DNA of 60,220 nucleotides. Source: Clostridiales bacterium (lineage in GTDB: Bacteria > Bacillota > Limnochordia > Darwinibacteriales > B1SED10-159). The translations under genes were made by a program, and so were the position numbers. Below the pieces are notes generated by a model, which saw nothing but the letters and a program-made list of their open reading frames with translations, had not been told where the DNA came from and did not search any database. The DNA is taken from NCBI GenBank assembly GCA_003551965.1, contig PUOC01000038.1, positions 1 to 60,220 of the forward strand, given 5' to 3'. Of this stretch, positions 37,000 to 46,189 are shown piece by piece. Within the stretch, counting starts at the first letter, position 1, and each line of letters starts with the position of its first letter.

Positions 37000-37123
37000 A
37001 AGGGGTTTCGTTAAGTTTTTGCAAAAAAGACAGTGTGATTCGTAGGAACCACGAAAAAGAAGGATGTTTTTCGTTTCTGTTGAATTGAACTAGAATCACC
37101 ATAACCGATAGGAGGAGTTCTCA

Positions 37124-38632
37124 ATGAAAGGCTATCGATGTTTGATTGCTGTGTTGGTTTTGGCCCTGCTGGCGTCTGCAGCTGCGGCTCCGGCTGCGGC
37201 GCAGTCCAGGATTGTTCTGGCCCAAGGTGTTGATGCCACGACCATGATTCCCAATATGGAATCTGTTACGTCCACTAACAATGTTCTAGAACACGTCTAC
37301 GATACCCTCGTCTGGCGGGACGAAGATTTGGTCATTGAGCCGGCGTTGGCCGTCAGCTGGGAAACCATTGACGATCTTACCTGGGAATTCCAGCTTCGAG
37401 ACGATGTCTACTGGCATGACGGGACACCGTTTACTGCCGCGGATGTTAAGTACACCTTGGATTACATCCTTGATGAAGACATCGGATCGCAGTATCGGCC
37501 CTACCATGCCCTGATTGAAGAAGTGGAAGTGATCGACGATCACAATGTCCGCATCATAACGGAGGCACCTCATGCGCTGATGCTGGCACGCTTGTCCATG
37601 ACGCAGATCTTCGCCAAACACTACATGGAAGAGCATGATACAAGCTATTTGGCCAGCAATCCCATGGGTACGGGCCCATACAGGTTCGTTGAGTGGGTGC
37701 GGGACGAGCGCATTGTCCTAGAACGCAATGAGGAGCATTGGCGCGGGCCTGCGGAGATCGAAGAAATCGTTTTCCGTCCCATTCCGGAGTCCAGTACCCG
37801 CATCGCGGAATTGAGTACCGGCAATGTGGACGTCATTGTCAATGTGCCTCCGCACCAAATACCTGCAGTGGAAGATGCCGCCGCAGCCCGCATTGCCACC
37901 GTTCCTAGCGTGCGCGTGATCTTTTTGGGTATCAACACCGAGAACGAAGGGCCTTGGCAGGACAAACGCGTCCGGCAGGCATTGAACTATGCACTGGACC
38001 GCGAAGTCCTGATCGAGGCGATTTTAGAGGGTTTGGGAACGCCATTGGCTCCCGGTGGCTTGAGCACGTACCACTTCGGATATGACGACAGCATCGAGCC
38101 ATTCCCATTCGATCCGGAAAAGGCGCAGGCACTGTTGGAAGAAGCCGGTTATCCCGATGGCTTTGAACTGGACATGATGATTCCCGACGGCCGCTACGCC
38201 ATGGACCGCGAAGTGGGCGAAGCCATCGTCGGCATGTACCGCAATCTTGGTCTGGATGTCAATTACGAGGTTTTGGAGTGGGGCGTATATGTCGGGCGGA
38301 TCAACGAGCGCGACATGAGCGACCTCTATCTCCTAGGCTGGGGCGGAGCCACCGTCGATGCCGAAGGAACCTTCGGTCCGCTGCTGAAGAGCGGTAACCC
38401 CTTAAGCTACTTCTCCCATGACGAAGTGGACAGGCTGATTGAGGCGGGCGCTACAAACGTTGATCCCGATGAGCGTTTGGAGATCTACTCGGAACTCCAC
38501 GAGCTTCTGCGGGAGGAAGCACCTTGGGTCTACCTCCACCAGCAGGAAGATATCTATGGCCTCTCCGATCGCCTTGATTGGGAACCGCGGGCCGACGAAC
38601 GCCTGTGGATGTATCCGGCATCCCTGCGCTAA
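37124..38632 (+). CDS. ABC transporter substrate-binding protein, family 5 (peptide/nickel/opine type)
   Basis: TAGGAGGAG upstream. It has a signal peptide with an AAAPAAAQS cleavage region. ...LVWRDEDLVIEPALAVSWE...TWEFQLRDDVYWHDGTPFTAADVKYT is the typical SBP_bac_5 core. Confidence 0.85.
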   Translation: MKGYRCLIAVLVLALLASAAAAPAAAQSRIVLAQGVDATTMIPNMESVTSTNNVLEHVYDTLVWRDEDLVIEPALAVSWETIDDLTWEFQLRDDVYWHDGTPFTAADVKYTLDYILDEDIGSQYRPYHALIEEVEVIDDHNVRIITEAPHALMLARLSMTQIFAKHYMEEHDTSYLASNPMGTGPYRFVEWVRDERIVLERNEEHWRGPAEIEEIVFRPIPESSTRIAELSTGNVDVIVNVPPHQIPAVEDAAAARIATVPSVRVIFLGINTENEGPWQDKRVRQALNYALDREVLIEAILEGLGTPLAPGGLSTYHFGYDDSIEPFPFDPEKAQALLEEAGYPDGFELDMMIPDGRYAMDREVGEAIVGMYRNLGLDVNYEVLEWGVYVGRINERDMSDLYLLGWGGATVDAEGTFGPLLKSGNPLSYFSHDEVDRLIEAGATNVDPDERLEIYSELHELLREEAPWVYLHQQEDIYGLSDRLDWEPRADERLWMYPASLR

Positions 38633-38662
38633 CATGTTCTAGTAGGAGGAGAGGATCCGTTC

Positions 38663-39580
38663 ATGAAGGCGTATATCCTACGCAGGTTGTGGCAGAGTGC
38701 CTTTGTGCTCTTTGCCGTACTAACCTTTGTTTTCTTTATTGTCTACCTCATTGGTGATCCCGTTCTGCTCTTGATACCTCCGGAAGCGACCTATGAGGAC
38801 CAAGAAATTATGCGCAGAGCCATGGGTTTGGATCAGCCTTTGATGGTTCAATACGGAATCTTCCTCCGCCAGGCAGTACAGGGTGACTTAGGCACGTCGT
38901 TTCGACACGGCGTGCCTGCCTTGCCCTTAACCTTGGCTCGCATACCGGCTACTTTGCAGCTGACCGGAGTAGCTATGCTTTTCGCGCTGCTGATGGGTGT
39001 ACCGGTTGGCATTTATGCCGCGGTGAAGCGAAACTCCGTATTGGATCATATCAGTCGTATTTTTGCTCTCTTTGGAATTTCCATGCCTGTCTATTGGTCG
39101 GGTTTGATGCTGATCATGCTGTTTTCTGTGCGCTGGGGCCTTCTGCCTCCTTCGGGAAGGGGCACCTGGCAGCACTTGATTCTACCGGGGTTCACCATGG
39201 GGCTGTTTGCCACGGCTCCCATTATGCGGTTGATCCGTTCTAGCATGCTCGACGTTCTCAACCAGGACTATGTTCGTACGGCAACGGCCAAGGGTTTGTC
39301 CCACCGCGTGGTCATTCTCAAACATGCTCTCCGCAACGCTGCCGTTCCCGCCCTTACGGTTTTTGGAATGCAGCTGGGATTGCTTTTGGGAGGAGCTGTG
39401 CTGACGGAGACGATTTTTTCGTGGCCGGGAATGGGTCGGTTTGTGGTCCAGGCCGTGCACAACCGTGATTTTCCGGTTATCCGCTCTGCCGTTGTGGTAT
39501 TTGCCACTCTTATTATCATTATTAACTTGGTTACGGACGTCTGTTATGGCTTGCTGAACCCCAGGATCCGTTTTCAATAG
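38663..39580 (+). CDS. ABC transporter permease (DppB/OppB type)
   Basis: MKAYILRRLWQSAFVLFAVLTFVFFI is the standard OppB-like N-terminus. The EAA-like loop is YVRTATAKGLSHRVVILKHALRNA. Confidence 0.85.
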   Translation: MKAYILRRLWQSAFVLFAVLTFVFFIVYLIGDPVLLLIPPEATYEDQEIMRRAMGLDQPLMVQYGIFLRQAVQGDLGTSFRHGVPALPLTLARIPATLQLTGVAMLFALLMGVPVGIYAAVKRNSVLDHISRIFALFGISMPVYWSGLMLIMLFSVRWGLLPPSGRGTWQHLILPGFTMGLFATAPIMRLIRSSMLDVLNQDYVRTATAKGLSHRVVILKHALRNAAVPALTVFGMQLGLLLGGAVLTETIFSWPGMGRFVVQAVHNRDFPVIRSAVVVFATLIIIINLVTDVCYGLLNPRIRFQ

Positions 39581-39601
39581 ACCGCCGTGGGGGTGACGAA
39601 T

Positions 39602-40441
39602 ATGCCGAAATTACTGCGAAAACTAAACTTCACCGCCGCCCTGAGTCTGGTCTTTTTAGTTGTACTGATTGGTGCGGCTGTATTCTCTCCGTGGGTGGCA
39701 CCCCATGAGCCGATGCACCAGAACCTGTTGGTACGTCTGCAGCCACCGGCCTGGCTCGACGGCGGAACAATGGAGCATCCGTTGGGAACGGATAACATGG
39801 GCCGGGACATGCTCAGCCAGCTGGTCTACGGCACCCGCGTCTCGCTTTTGATTGCCTTCTTTGCTGTCCTGGTATCCGGGGGTATTGGATCCGTAATGGG
39901 GTTGTTTTCCGGGTACTATGGAGGCGCGCTGGAGAACGGAGTCATGCGGTTGGTGGATGTCCAGATGTCCTTGCCCTTTATTCTGCTGGCGCTGATTTTG
40001 CTTTCGGTGTTGGGGCCGGGATTTGTCAATATTGTCATTGTCCTTGTGGTGACCAATTGGATCTACTATGCCCGCTTGGTCCGCAGTGAAGTGATAGGGC
40101 TGAAAAACCATGAATTCGTGGAAGCGGCCCATGCAGTGGGCATGAGCAATCTGCGCGTCCTGTTTCGACACATTTCGCCGAACCTGGTGAATTCGATCAT
40201 CGTCCTGGCCACGCTGCGCATTGCCAGCCTGATTCTGCTGGAGTCGGCGCTGTCTTTTCTGGGTTTGGGTGTTCAGGATATACCGACGTGGGGAGTGATG
40301 CTGGCTAACGGCCGGCATTACCTCAATAATGCCTGGTGGCTGGCGACATTCCCCGGTTTGGCCATCTTTTTAACGGTGTTGTCCATAAATCTGCTCGGCG
40401 ATTGGCTGCGGGACGTCACCGATCCCCACATGCAGATATGA
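39602..40441 (+). CDS. ABC transporter permease (DppC/OppC type)
   Basis: I trimmed ORF 39587..40441 to ATG 39602 (GGGGGTGA upstream). HPLGTDNMGRDMLSQLVYGTRVSL is the typical OppC motif. Confidence 0.85.
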   Translation: MPKLLRKLNFTAALSLVFLVVLIGAAVFSPWVAPHEPMHQNLLVRLQPPAWLDGGTMEHPLGTDNMGRDMLSQLVYGTRVSLLIAFFAVLVSGGIGSVMGLFSGYYGGALENGVMRLVDVQMSLPFILLALILLSVLGPGFVNIVIVLVVTNWIYYARLVRSEVIGLKNHEFVEAAHAVGMSNLRVLFRHISPNLVNSIIVLATLRIASLILLESALSFLGLGVQDIPTWGVMLANGRHYLNNAWWLATFPGLAIFLTVLSINLLGDWLRDVTDPHMQI

Positions 40442-40474
40442 CGCTTTTTCGTGCCAACAGGAAAGGAGCTAGCA

Positions 40475-41659
40475 ATGGATATACGTAGTTTAGTCGCAGA
40501 AAACGCGGAGGCCATGGTCCATTGGCGCCACAGCATTCACGCCAGTCCAGAATTGGGTTTCAAAGAGTTTGAGACCACGAAATTGGTGGCAAGGGAGCTT
40601 TCCTCGGCCGGAATAGAACTGCGGCCCCTAGAAGCGGAGACCGGCGTTTTAGGCATATTGAAGGGCGGCCAAGGCCGCGGGCCAGTCATTGTACTCCGCG
40701 CCGATATGGACGCCCTGCCCATGGAAGAAGAGACAGGCGTTCCCTGGTCCTCGCAGAACCCCGGGGTCATGCATGCCTGCGGCCATGACGGCCATACTTC
40801 GGTCCTGTTAGGCGCGGCCAAGACGTTGGCGGCTCTGAAGGATCGGCTGCGCGGCGAGATCCGCTTTCTTTTTCAGCCCGCCGAGGAAACACTTTACGGG
40901 GCCCGCAAGATGATCGAAGCAGGCGTGTTGGAAAGCCCGCCCGCCGACTATGTCATGGGTTTGCACGGATCACCATTGGCTGAGGTAGGCCAGGTGGCCG
41001 TTCTGCGGGGCCCTGTCATGGCGTCCGCCGACATGTTTACGGTGACGTTCAGTGCCGACGGGGGACATGGTGCCTATCCCCACCGGACGCGGGATCCCAT
41101 TGTGGCCGCAGGGCACTTCATCACTTCTGTGCAGGAGATCGTCAGCCGGCAGGTCAACACCCTCGACAGCGCGGTTGTATCGGTCTGTGCGGTGGAGGCC
41201 GGGACAGCTTATAACATCATACCCAAGAACGCTGTGTTGAAAGGCACAATCCGCACCCTGCGGGAAGAAGTGCGGGGCGAGATGGAAGCGCGTCTGCAGG
41301 AGAAGGTGGAGGGCGTGGCCAAAACTTTTGGCTGCCAGTGGAACCTGGACTTTATTCACGGCATTCCCTCGGTTTCCAACGATGACGCCATGGTCGACCG
41401 GCTCTACCGGGCTGCAGGCACTGTGTTGGGCAACGAAAACGTGGTGGATCCGGTACGTCCGCTGATGGGATCCGAGGACTTTGCCTTTTACGGCGAAATT
41501 GTGCCGCAAAGCTTGTTCTTTCAGTTGGGCTTTGTTGAACCCGGAGAACCCATCATTCACCTGCACAACAGCAAGTTCGATTTCAATGACAAAGCTTTGG
41601 TTCCCGGCGCCTCTGTCTTCTGCCAGTTTGTCTGGGACCTGTTGGGAAATGGTCAATGA
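40475..41659 (+). CDS. M20D-family amidohydrolase (N-acyl-amino-acid amidohydrolase / hippurate hydrolase-like)
   Basis: I trimmed ORF 40451..41659 to ATG 40475 (GGAAAGGAG upstream). RHSIHASPELGFKEFET, LRADMDALP, HACGHDGH and FQPAEE are present. Confidence 0.85.
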   Translation: MDIRSLVAENAEAMVHWRHSIHASPELGFKEFETTKLVARELSSAGIELRPLEAETGVLGILKGGQGRGPVIVLRADMDALPMEEETGVPWSSQNPGVMHACGHDGHTSVLLGAAKTLAALKDRLRGEIRFLFQPAEETLYGARKMIEAGVLESPPADYVMGLHGSPLAEVGQVAVLRGPVMASADMFTVTFSADGGHGAYPHRTRDPIVAAGHFITSVQEIVSRQVNTLDSAVVSVCAVEAGTAYNIIPKNAVLKGTIRTLREEVRGEMEARLQEKVEGVAKTFGCQWNLDFIHGIPSVSNDDAMVDRLYRAAGTVLGNENVVDPVRPLMGSEDFAFYGEIVPQSLFFQLGFVEPGEPIIHLHNSKFDFNDKALVPGASVFCQFVWDLLGNGQ

Positions 41660-41670
41660 AATGCCACGAG

Positions 41671-41711
41671 AAGCGAGCGGATGGCCGTGTCCATGGCCAA
41701 CCGCTCGCTTT
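41671..41711 (+). terminator. hairpin terminator after the M20 gene
   Basis: AAGCGAGCGG-a-TGGCC-gtgtccat-GGCCA-a-CCGCTCGCTT, a 15-bp composite stem starting 12 nt past the stop. The T-tract is short (TTT). Confidence 0.55.
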
Positions 41712-41832
41712 GCGCGTCGCAGGGCTGATTTTGGCTCTGCACCCTCTGTGGCTAGACATCATACCTAAGGGCGCTGGGATCCGGCGGGACGAAGCATGGG
41801 CATCCGCCGATCCCGTGCAGGACTAACCCTGT

Positions 41833-43695
41833 CTACGGCATGACCTCTATTTCGTAGCTTCCATAATACATGCTGCGGCCGTCCTTGTTGAGAACAAGAT
41901 AATAGCTGCCGGCTGCTAGATCAGCGATGCTGTAGGTCTGCTCTTGGCCGCTGCGATGGCCGCTGCTGAATACCCGGTTCGACAGACCCCGGTCACTGAA
42001 CACCTGCACAGAATTGAGGTTGAGACGGCCGTCTTCTTCATCCCAGCCATCATCGCCGCTGGTGGCAACCCGGAACTCCAGGGTTCCACTGTAACGATGG
42101 TCGATCACCCAAATGTCGCGGTTATCCGTGTCTTCTAGCTGGCCGCGGGTGCCTAGATCACCTGTTACCTTCTGGCCCGGGCGGATTGTCTGTACGCCCC
42201 GGTCCCGTGGATCGTCGTTGGGTTCTTGATCCGCTGGCCGGCTGAACGGTGTGTGGTCCGCATCGATGGTATAGCTGCCCCAGTACATGGAGCGGCCGTC
42301 CTTGGCCATCCGCAGATAATACGTGCCTGCTCTCAACGCTTGGATGCGGTAGGTCTCCCTTTGGCCGGACCCATGGCCCGTGCTGGAAATTCTCGTGGTG
42401 CCGTCGCTGTCATAGAGCTGGATGGAGGCTAGATTCAGCGCACCGTCTTCTGCTCGTATCGTCGTTCCGGAGCGCTCGCCGCTGGTAGAGATTTCTAGGT
42501 CTAAGTGTCCGTTCTGCGGCAGAACGATACGGAACCAGTCTTCTTGGTCTGCGGGTTCCTGCTGCCCGCGAGTGCCCAGGTGCCCCGTGGTCCGGTCGCC
42601 GGGATGCAGCGTTATGACCCCGCGGTCGTCAGGGCTGTCGTTGGGTTCGCGGTCTGCTTCCACGAGGAAGGGCTTGAAATCAGCCCGCAGGGTATAGCTG
42701 CCCCAGTACATGGAGCGGCCGTCCTTCACTACGGCAATATAATAGGTGCCTGCGCGCAGAGCGGAAACTTCATGGGTATTCTCTTGGCCGGAACCATGGC
42801 TGCCGCTGAAGATACGTGTTGTACCGTCGGAATCCATCAGTTGGATCCGGGCCAAGTTAAGGCTGCCGTCATCGGGGCGGATATCCTCTCCGCCGCGGCT
42901 GCCGCTGGTGGTGAGTTCCAGGTGAAGATGCCCGTTCTCGGGTATCGTAATCTTATACCAATCTTCCATGTCGGGGGCTCTGCCTTGTCCGCGCATGCCC
43001 AGGTGGCCGGTGACCGTCGAGTTTGGAGAAAGGACATTGGCTTCCTGGAAGCTGTCGTTAGGTTCCCGATCGGCGGGAACAGACACGGGCCGGAGCTCGA
43101 TTTCGGCGCGGTATTCGCCGTGGTACATGCTGCGGCCGTCCTTTTGAAACTTGATGGTGTAGCGCCCGGCCCGAAGGTTGCTGAACACATGCGTATCGGT
43201 ACTGCCGGAGCTCTGCCGGAAGGTATTCAATGATGTTGTGCCGTCGACATCGTAGAGCCGAGAACCGCTGAGCAGTAGGTCGGAACCAGTATGGACAGTA
43301 ACAATTAGATCGCCATTGGCGGGCAGCTGCAGTGTATGTTCTTGAGATGGATGATCCTGTGTCAGAGTTCCCTGGACTCTGGTGTAAAAATGTTCCGGTT
43401 CCTGAATGGGCGGTGCAGGCGTTTCTGCCGCGGGAGGAGGAGCCGAATCCGCGATTTCGCCCCGGGCCCGAATCAACTGATCCAGTATGTCATACAAGTC
43501 GGCGAGAAAATCCGGGTGGGCAGCTTGGGCATCATCTGCCCTGATGACCGCGGCTTCCAGGCGCAGAATGGCGTCATCTAAGTACTCGGTATCAATGGCG
43601 GGGTCGGGAGCCGGCGGTTCCCAAGTGCCATAGGCGCCTCCTGCGGCCGAGAGGGCCAGCCAACAAAGCACGGCAATGAAGAAGATGCTGCGCAT
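41833..43695 (-). CDS. secreted protein with four tandem PPC-like (pre-peptidase C-terminal / collagen-binding-type) domains
   Basis: ATG 43695 lies 9 nt after GGAAAGGA. The ORF track extends to 43704. The signal peptide is MRSIFFIAVLCWLALSAAGGAYG, followed by a helical segment and a Pro-rich linker (APPPAAETPAPP). Then come four units each opening A-D-R/Q-E-P-N-D and closing KDGRSMY.G.Y. Confidence 0.65.
   Translation of the reverse strand: MRSIFFIAVLCWLALSAAGGAYGTWEPPAPDPAIDTEYLDDAILRLEAAVIRADDAQAAHPDFLADLYDILDQLIRARGEIADSAPPPAAETPAPPIQEPEHFYTRVQGTLTQDHPSQEHTLQLPANGDLIVTVHTGSDLLLSGSRLYDVDGTTSLNTFRQSSGSTDTHVFSNLRAGRYTIKFQKDGRSMYHGEYRAEIELRPVSVPADREPNDSFQEANVLSPNSTVTGHLGMRGQGRAPDMEDWYKITIPENGHLHLELTTSGSRGGEDIRPDDGSLNLARIQLMDSDGTTRIFSGSHGSGQENTHEVSALRAGTYYIAVVKDGRSMYWGSYTLRADFKPFLVEADREPNDSPDDRGVITLHPGDRTTGHLGTRGQQEPADQEDWFRIVLPQNGHLDLEISTSGERSGTTIRAEDGALNLASIQLYDSDGTTRISSTGHGSGQRETYRIQALRAGTYYLRMAKDGRSMYWGSYTIDADHTPFSRPADQEPNDDPRDRGVQTIRPGQKVTGDLGTRGQLEDTDNRDIWVIDHRYSGTLEFRVATSGDDGWDEEDGRLNLNSVQVFSDRGLSNRVFSSGHRSGQEQTYSIADLAAGSYYLVLNKDGRSMYYGSYEIEVMP
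41836..43398 (-). repeat. four tandem in-frame coding repeats of about 320-420 nt (period about 420 nt for units 2-4)
   Basis: Unit starts are near 43398, 43074, 42657 and 42234 on the minus strand. Near-identical DNA strings recur, for example GTATAGCTGCCCCAGTACATGGAGCGGCCGTCCTT at about 42270 and 42693. Conserved peptide blocks are REPND, TGHLG.RGQ, EDW, NGHL.LE..TSG, DGTTRI, HGSGQ, ALRAGTYY and KDGRSMYWGSYT. Confidence 0.8.
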
Positions 43696-43954
43696 AATCA
43701 TCAATCCTTTCCAAAACAGTATCAGCCCGGTGGCCGTTCTGGAAACCTAGCAGCGATCGCTAGAACCGAGACTATCGCCGAGGCTGTGAGCCTGCATTCG
43801 TCGCTGTAAACGAGAATTCCTTCTTTTCCGACAAAAACGCCCGCCTACCTCTGTGTACCGGAAGGACAAGCCGGAATGGCCGCTGTGAGGGCATGAAGGC
43901 TGGTAGCATTACACGTTCCGGCGAAGTGCCCGGCTTTTCTGAAGGATTGACAAA

Positions 43955-43985
43955 CATCTGTCACACCAAATCGGTTTGACAGATG
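43955..43985. promoter_or_regulatory. 9-bp perfect inverted repeat in the divergent intergenic region (operator or RNA hairpin candidate)
   Basis: CATCTGTCA-n13-TGACAGATG. Each arm overlaps a TTGACA hexamer. The function is not established. Confidence 0.25.
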
Positions 43986-44182
43986 CACCCCTGGCCGCAT
44001 TTTCTGACATTTCCGTAGTAAGATGGGAGTGTGCGCCTGCGTAGAACAGGGATGGGATATATGGAGATCTTTCCGAACCCGTGCAGGTCCCCGTGCTTGG
44101 AAGGTCAGAACTACGGCTGCACAGGTGTACGCGTTTTTGATGTGGGTGCTGCAGAAACCAAACTTTTCGAGGAGGGATTGCT

Positions 44183-44896
44183 TTGCAGGTAGAAATGCGT
44201 CGTTGGCTGCTGTTGTTAGCCGCTGTTTTGTTGATCAGCGGCTGTGGGGGAAATACCATGCCTACATACAGTATCGTGGGGACGGTCTTGGATGCCGAGG
44301 GGCAGGGCGTATCCGGCGTGAAGATCGAAGCTGGCGGGACAGGGACAGAGACGAACGACGACGGGGAATATTTCTTTGATCAGCTATCGGGCGTTACTGC
44401 GATTGCAACGCCGGAGACGGAGGACTACGTATTCTACCCGCGCCAATATACTGTTTCCGCTGGCGGCACGGTAGATGCATTTGTTCGCTACCAGTCGTTA
44501 CCATTGGGTGAAGATGCCGCCGTTCCCGACAGCGGCGTGGCAGCCTTTGCCGGCATTGGCCTGCTGGACTTCCGAGACGCGGGATTGGAACCTGGGGATA
44601 CGGCCACCGTAAGCGATGCTTCTGAGGCCACACCGGCGGAGGGCATGACAAAGGCAGGTGCTGTGGTCAAAATACAGGTGGCCGGGCAGCTCGAAGGTCC
44701 TGTACAGCTGCTGTTAGCCGCCGACACATCTGAGAACAGTGCCATGTTTCATGGACAAGACGGCCATTGGCAGTACGTCTCCAGTGAATTTCAGGGTGGG
44801 TATCGGGAAGCTTCCGTTGAGGCGTTCTCCCTCTACGGGGTGTTCTCCGCACCCAGACCCCGGAGCCTGCCTTGGCTCCTCTCCCCGGTGATGTAA
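44183..44896 (+). CDS. lipoprotein, N-terminal part of a split gene (CarboxypepD_reg-like Ig domain)
   Basis: TTG 44183 lies 6 nt after GGAGGG. The lipobox is LLLLAAVLLISGC. YSIVGTVLDAEGQGVSGVKIE...TNDDGEYFF is a carboxypeptidase-regulatory-like fold signature. The reading frame ends 25 nt inside the next ORF. Confidence 0.6.
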   Translation: MQVEMRRWLLLLAAVLLISGCGGNTMPTYSIVGTVLDAEGQGVSGVKIEAGGTGTETNDDGEYFFDQLSGVTAIATPETEDYVFYPRQYTVSAGGTVDAFVRYQSLPLGEDAAVPDSGVAAFAGIGLLDFRDAGLEPGDTATVSDASEATPAEGMTKAGAVVKIQVAGQLEGPVQLLLAADTSENSAMFHGQDGHWQYVSSEFQGGYREASVEAFSLYGVFSAPRPRSLPWLLSPVM

Positions 44897-46056
44897 CCGG
44901 AGGAACTGCCATTGAAATAAGCCCCCCGGATCATGCTGCCGTTTATTACACCATAGACGGCACGGTACCGACACTGGAGAGCATACTCTATGATGCAGAC
45001 ACTGTCATTTCTGTTGGTGATGAAGGGCTGACGATCCGAGCCATGGCGCTGCTGCCCAATCATCGCCCCAGTGCCATTGTTCATGGCGAATATGCAGTCG
45101 CCGACAACGGCGACTCCGACAATGGCGACGAGGGAGACGGGGAAGATCTCTCAGGGCTGGATCGACGTCTGACTCTATCGGTGGGCGGGGAGTCCTTTGA
45201 CATGATCTTAGTGGAACGGGGTACGTTTCCAGGGCCTAGTGAATTCATCACCCGGACAGTGGTGCGTTCATTCTATATGGCCGATAGGGTCGTGACCTAT
45301 GATCTTTGGTCGCATGTCTATGATTGGGCAGTCACTGCCGGCGGACCAGGGTACCAATTTGCCAATGAAGGCCGTCAAGGCGGTATGCGCTACGACAACA
45401 CAGGGAACCTGATCGAGGATAATCCCGTACCTGGATCCACCGGCCAGCATCCTGTGACAAAGGTCAATTGGCGCGACGCCGTCGTTTGGTGCAACGCACT
45501 TTCGGAGTATCTCGGCATTGAACCGTATTATCTTTATGACGGTGAAGTCTTCCGCAATTCCCAAGTGCCTGACTACGACAGGCTGCTCTTAGGCAATACG
45601 GGCAGTGAGGGCTTTAGGCTGCCCGCCGATTTTCAATGGGAACTGGCTTCTAGAGATCGGGGCAGTGACAACCGTGACGATGGAATCGAAGTTGATGGCC
45701 GCTATTGGACACCGGCCAATTACGCATCCGGTGCTCAGGACAGTACCGATAACACCCAAGCCACCGATGCCGTAGCCTGGACCAGCAGCAACACGGGAGG
45801 AGCGTTTGGCGGCACTACGAAACCCGTGGCACAATTGAATCCCAATGAGCTGGGCTTCTACGATATGGGGGGCAATGTCTGGGAATGGACCAGCCGCCTG
45901 GACTCTCAGTCTCTCTGGTGGGGAAGCGGACAGTATTTCGTGCGCGGCGGCAGTTGGGCCGATCCAGCCAACAACGCTGCTGTGGCCGTGGACAATGTAA
46001 GCATGCCCGGAACTCCGGATAATGTGGGCATACGGGTGGTGCACCGCATACCCTAA
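44872..46056 (+). CDS. C-terminal part of the split gene: Fn3-associated/chitobiase-like module plus FGE-sulfatase (C-type-lectin-fold) domain
   Basis: AVYYTIDGTVPT is the motif of the module. An acidic linker DNGDSDNGDEGDGED follows. The FGE-type domain has HPVTKVNWRDAVVWCNALSE, GFRLPADFQWE, GFYDMGGNVWEWT and RGGSW. There is no RBS before the nominal TTG 44872, which argues that this continues 44183..44896. Confidence 0.7.
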   Translation: MAPLPGDVTGGTAIEISPPDHAAVYYTIDGTVPTLESILYDADTVISVGDEGLTIRAMALLPNHRPSAIVHGEYAVADNGDSDNGDEGDGEDLSGLDRRLTLSVGGESFDMILVERGTFPGPSEFITRTVVRSFYMADRVVTYDLWSHVYDWAVTAGGPGYQFANEGRQGGMRYDNTGNLIEDNPVPGSTGQHPVTKVNWRDAVVWCNALSEYLGIEPYYLYDGEVFRNSQVPDYDRLLLGNTGSEGFRLPADFQWELASRDRGSDNRDDGIEVDGRYWTPANYASGAQDSTDNTQATDAVAWTSSNTGGAFGGTTKPVAQLNPNELGFYDMGGNVWEWTSRLDSQSLWWGSGQYFVRGGSWADPANNAAVAVDNVSMPGTPDNVGIRVVHRIP

Positions 46057-46114
46057 CCGGCGGAACGAATAACCGCAGCCCCAAGCGGAGCTGTTGTTGC
46101 GGCGCCGATAAAGC

Positions 46115-46154
46115 AAGGCCAGCGGAAACTCTGAAGGGAAGTTCTGCTGGCCTT
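46115..46154 (+). terminator. hairpin downstream of the FGE-domain gene
   Basis: AAGGCCAGC-n22-GCTGGCCTT, a 9-bp stem with no T-tract. Weak. Confidence 0.3.
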
Positions 46155-46189
46155 CGGCGCGTGTAGGCAAAACACGGACCGGCCGCGCG

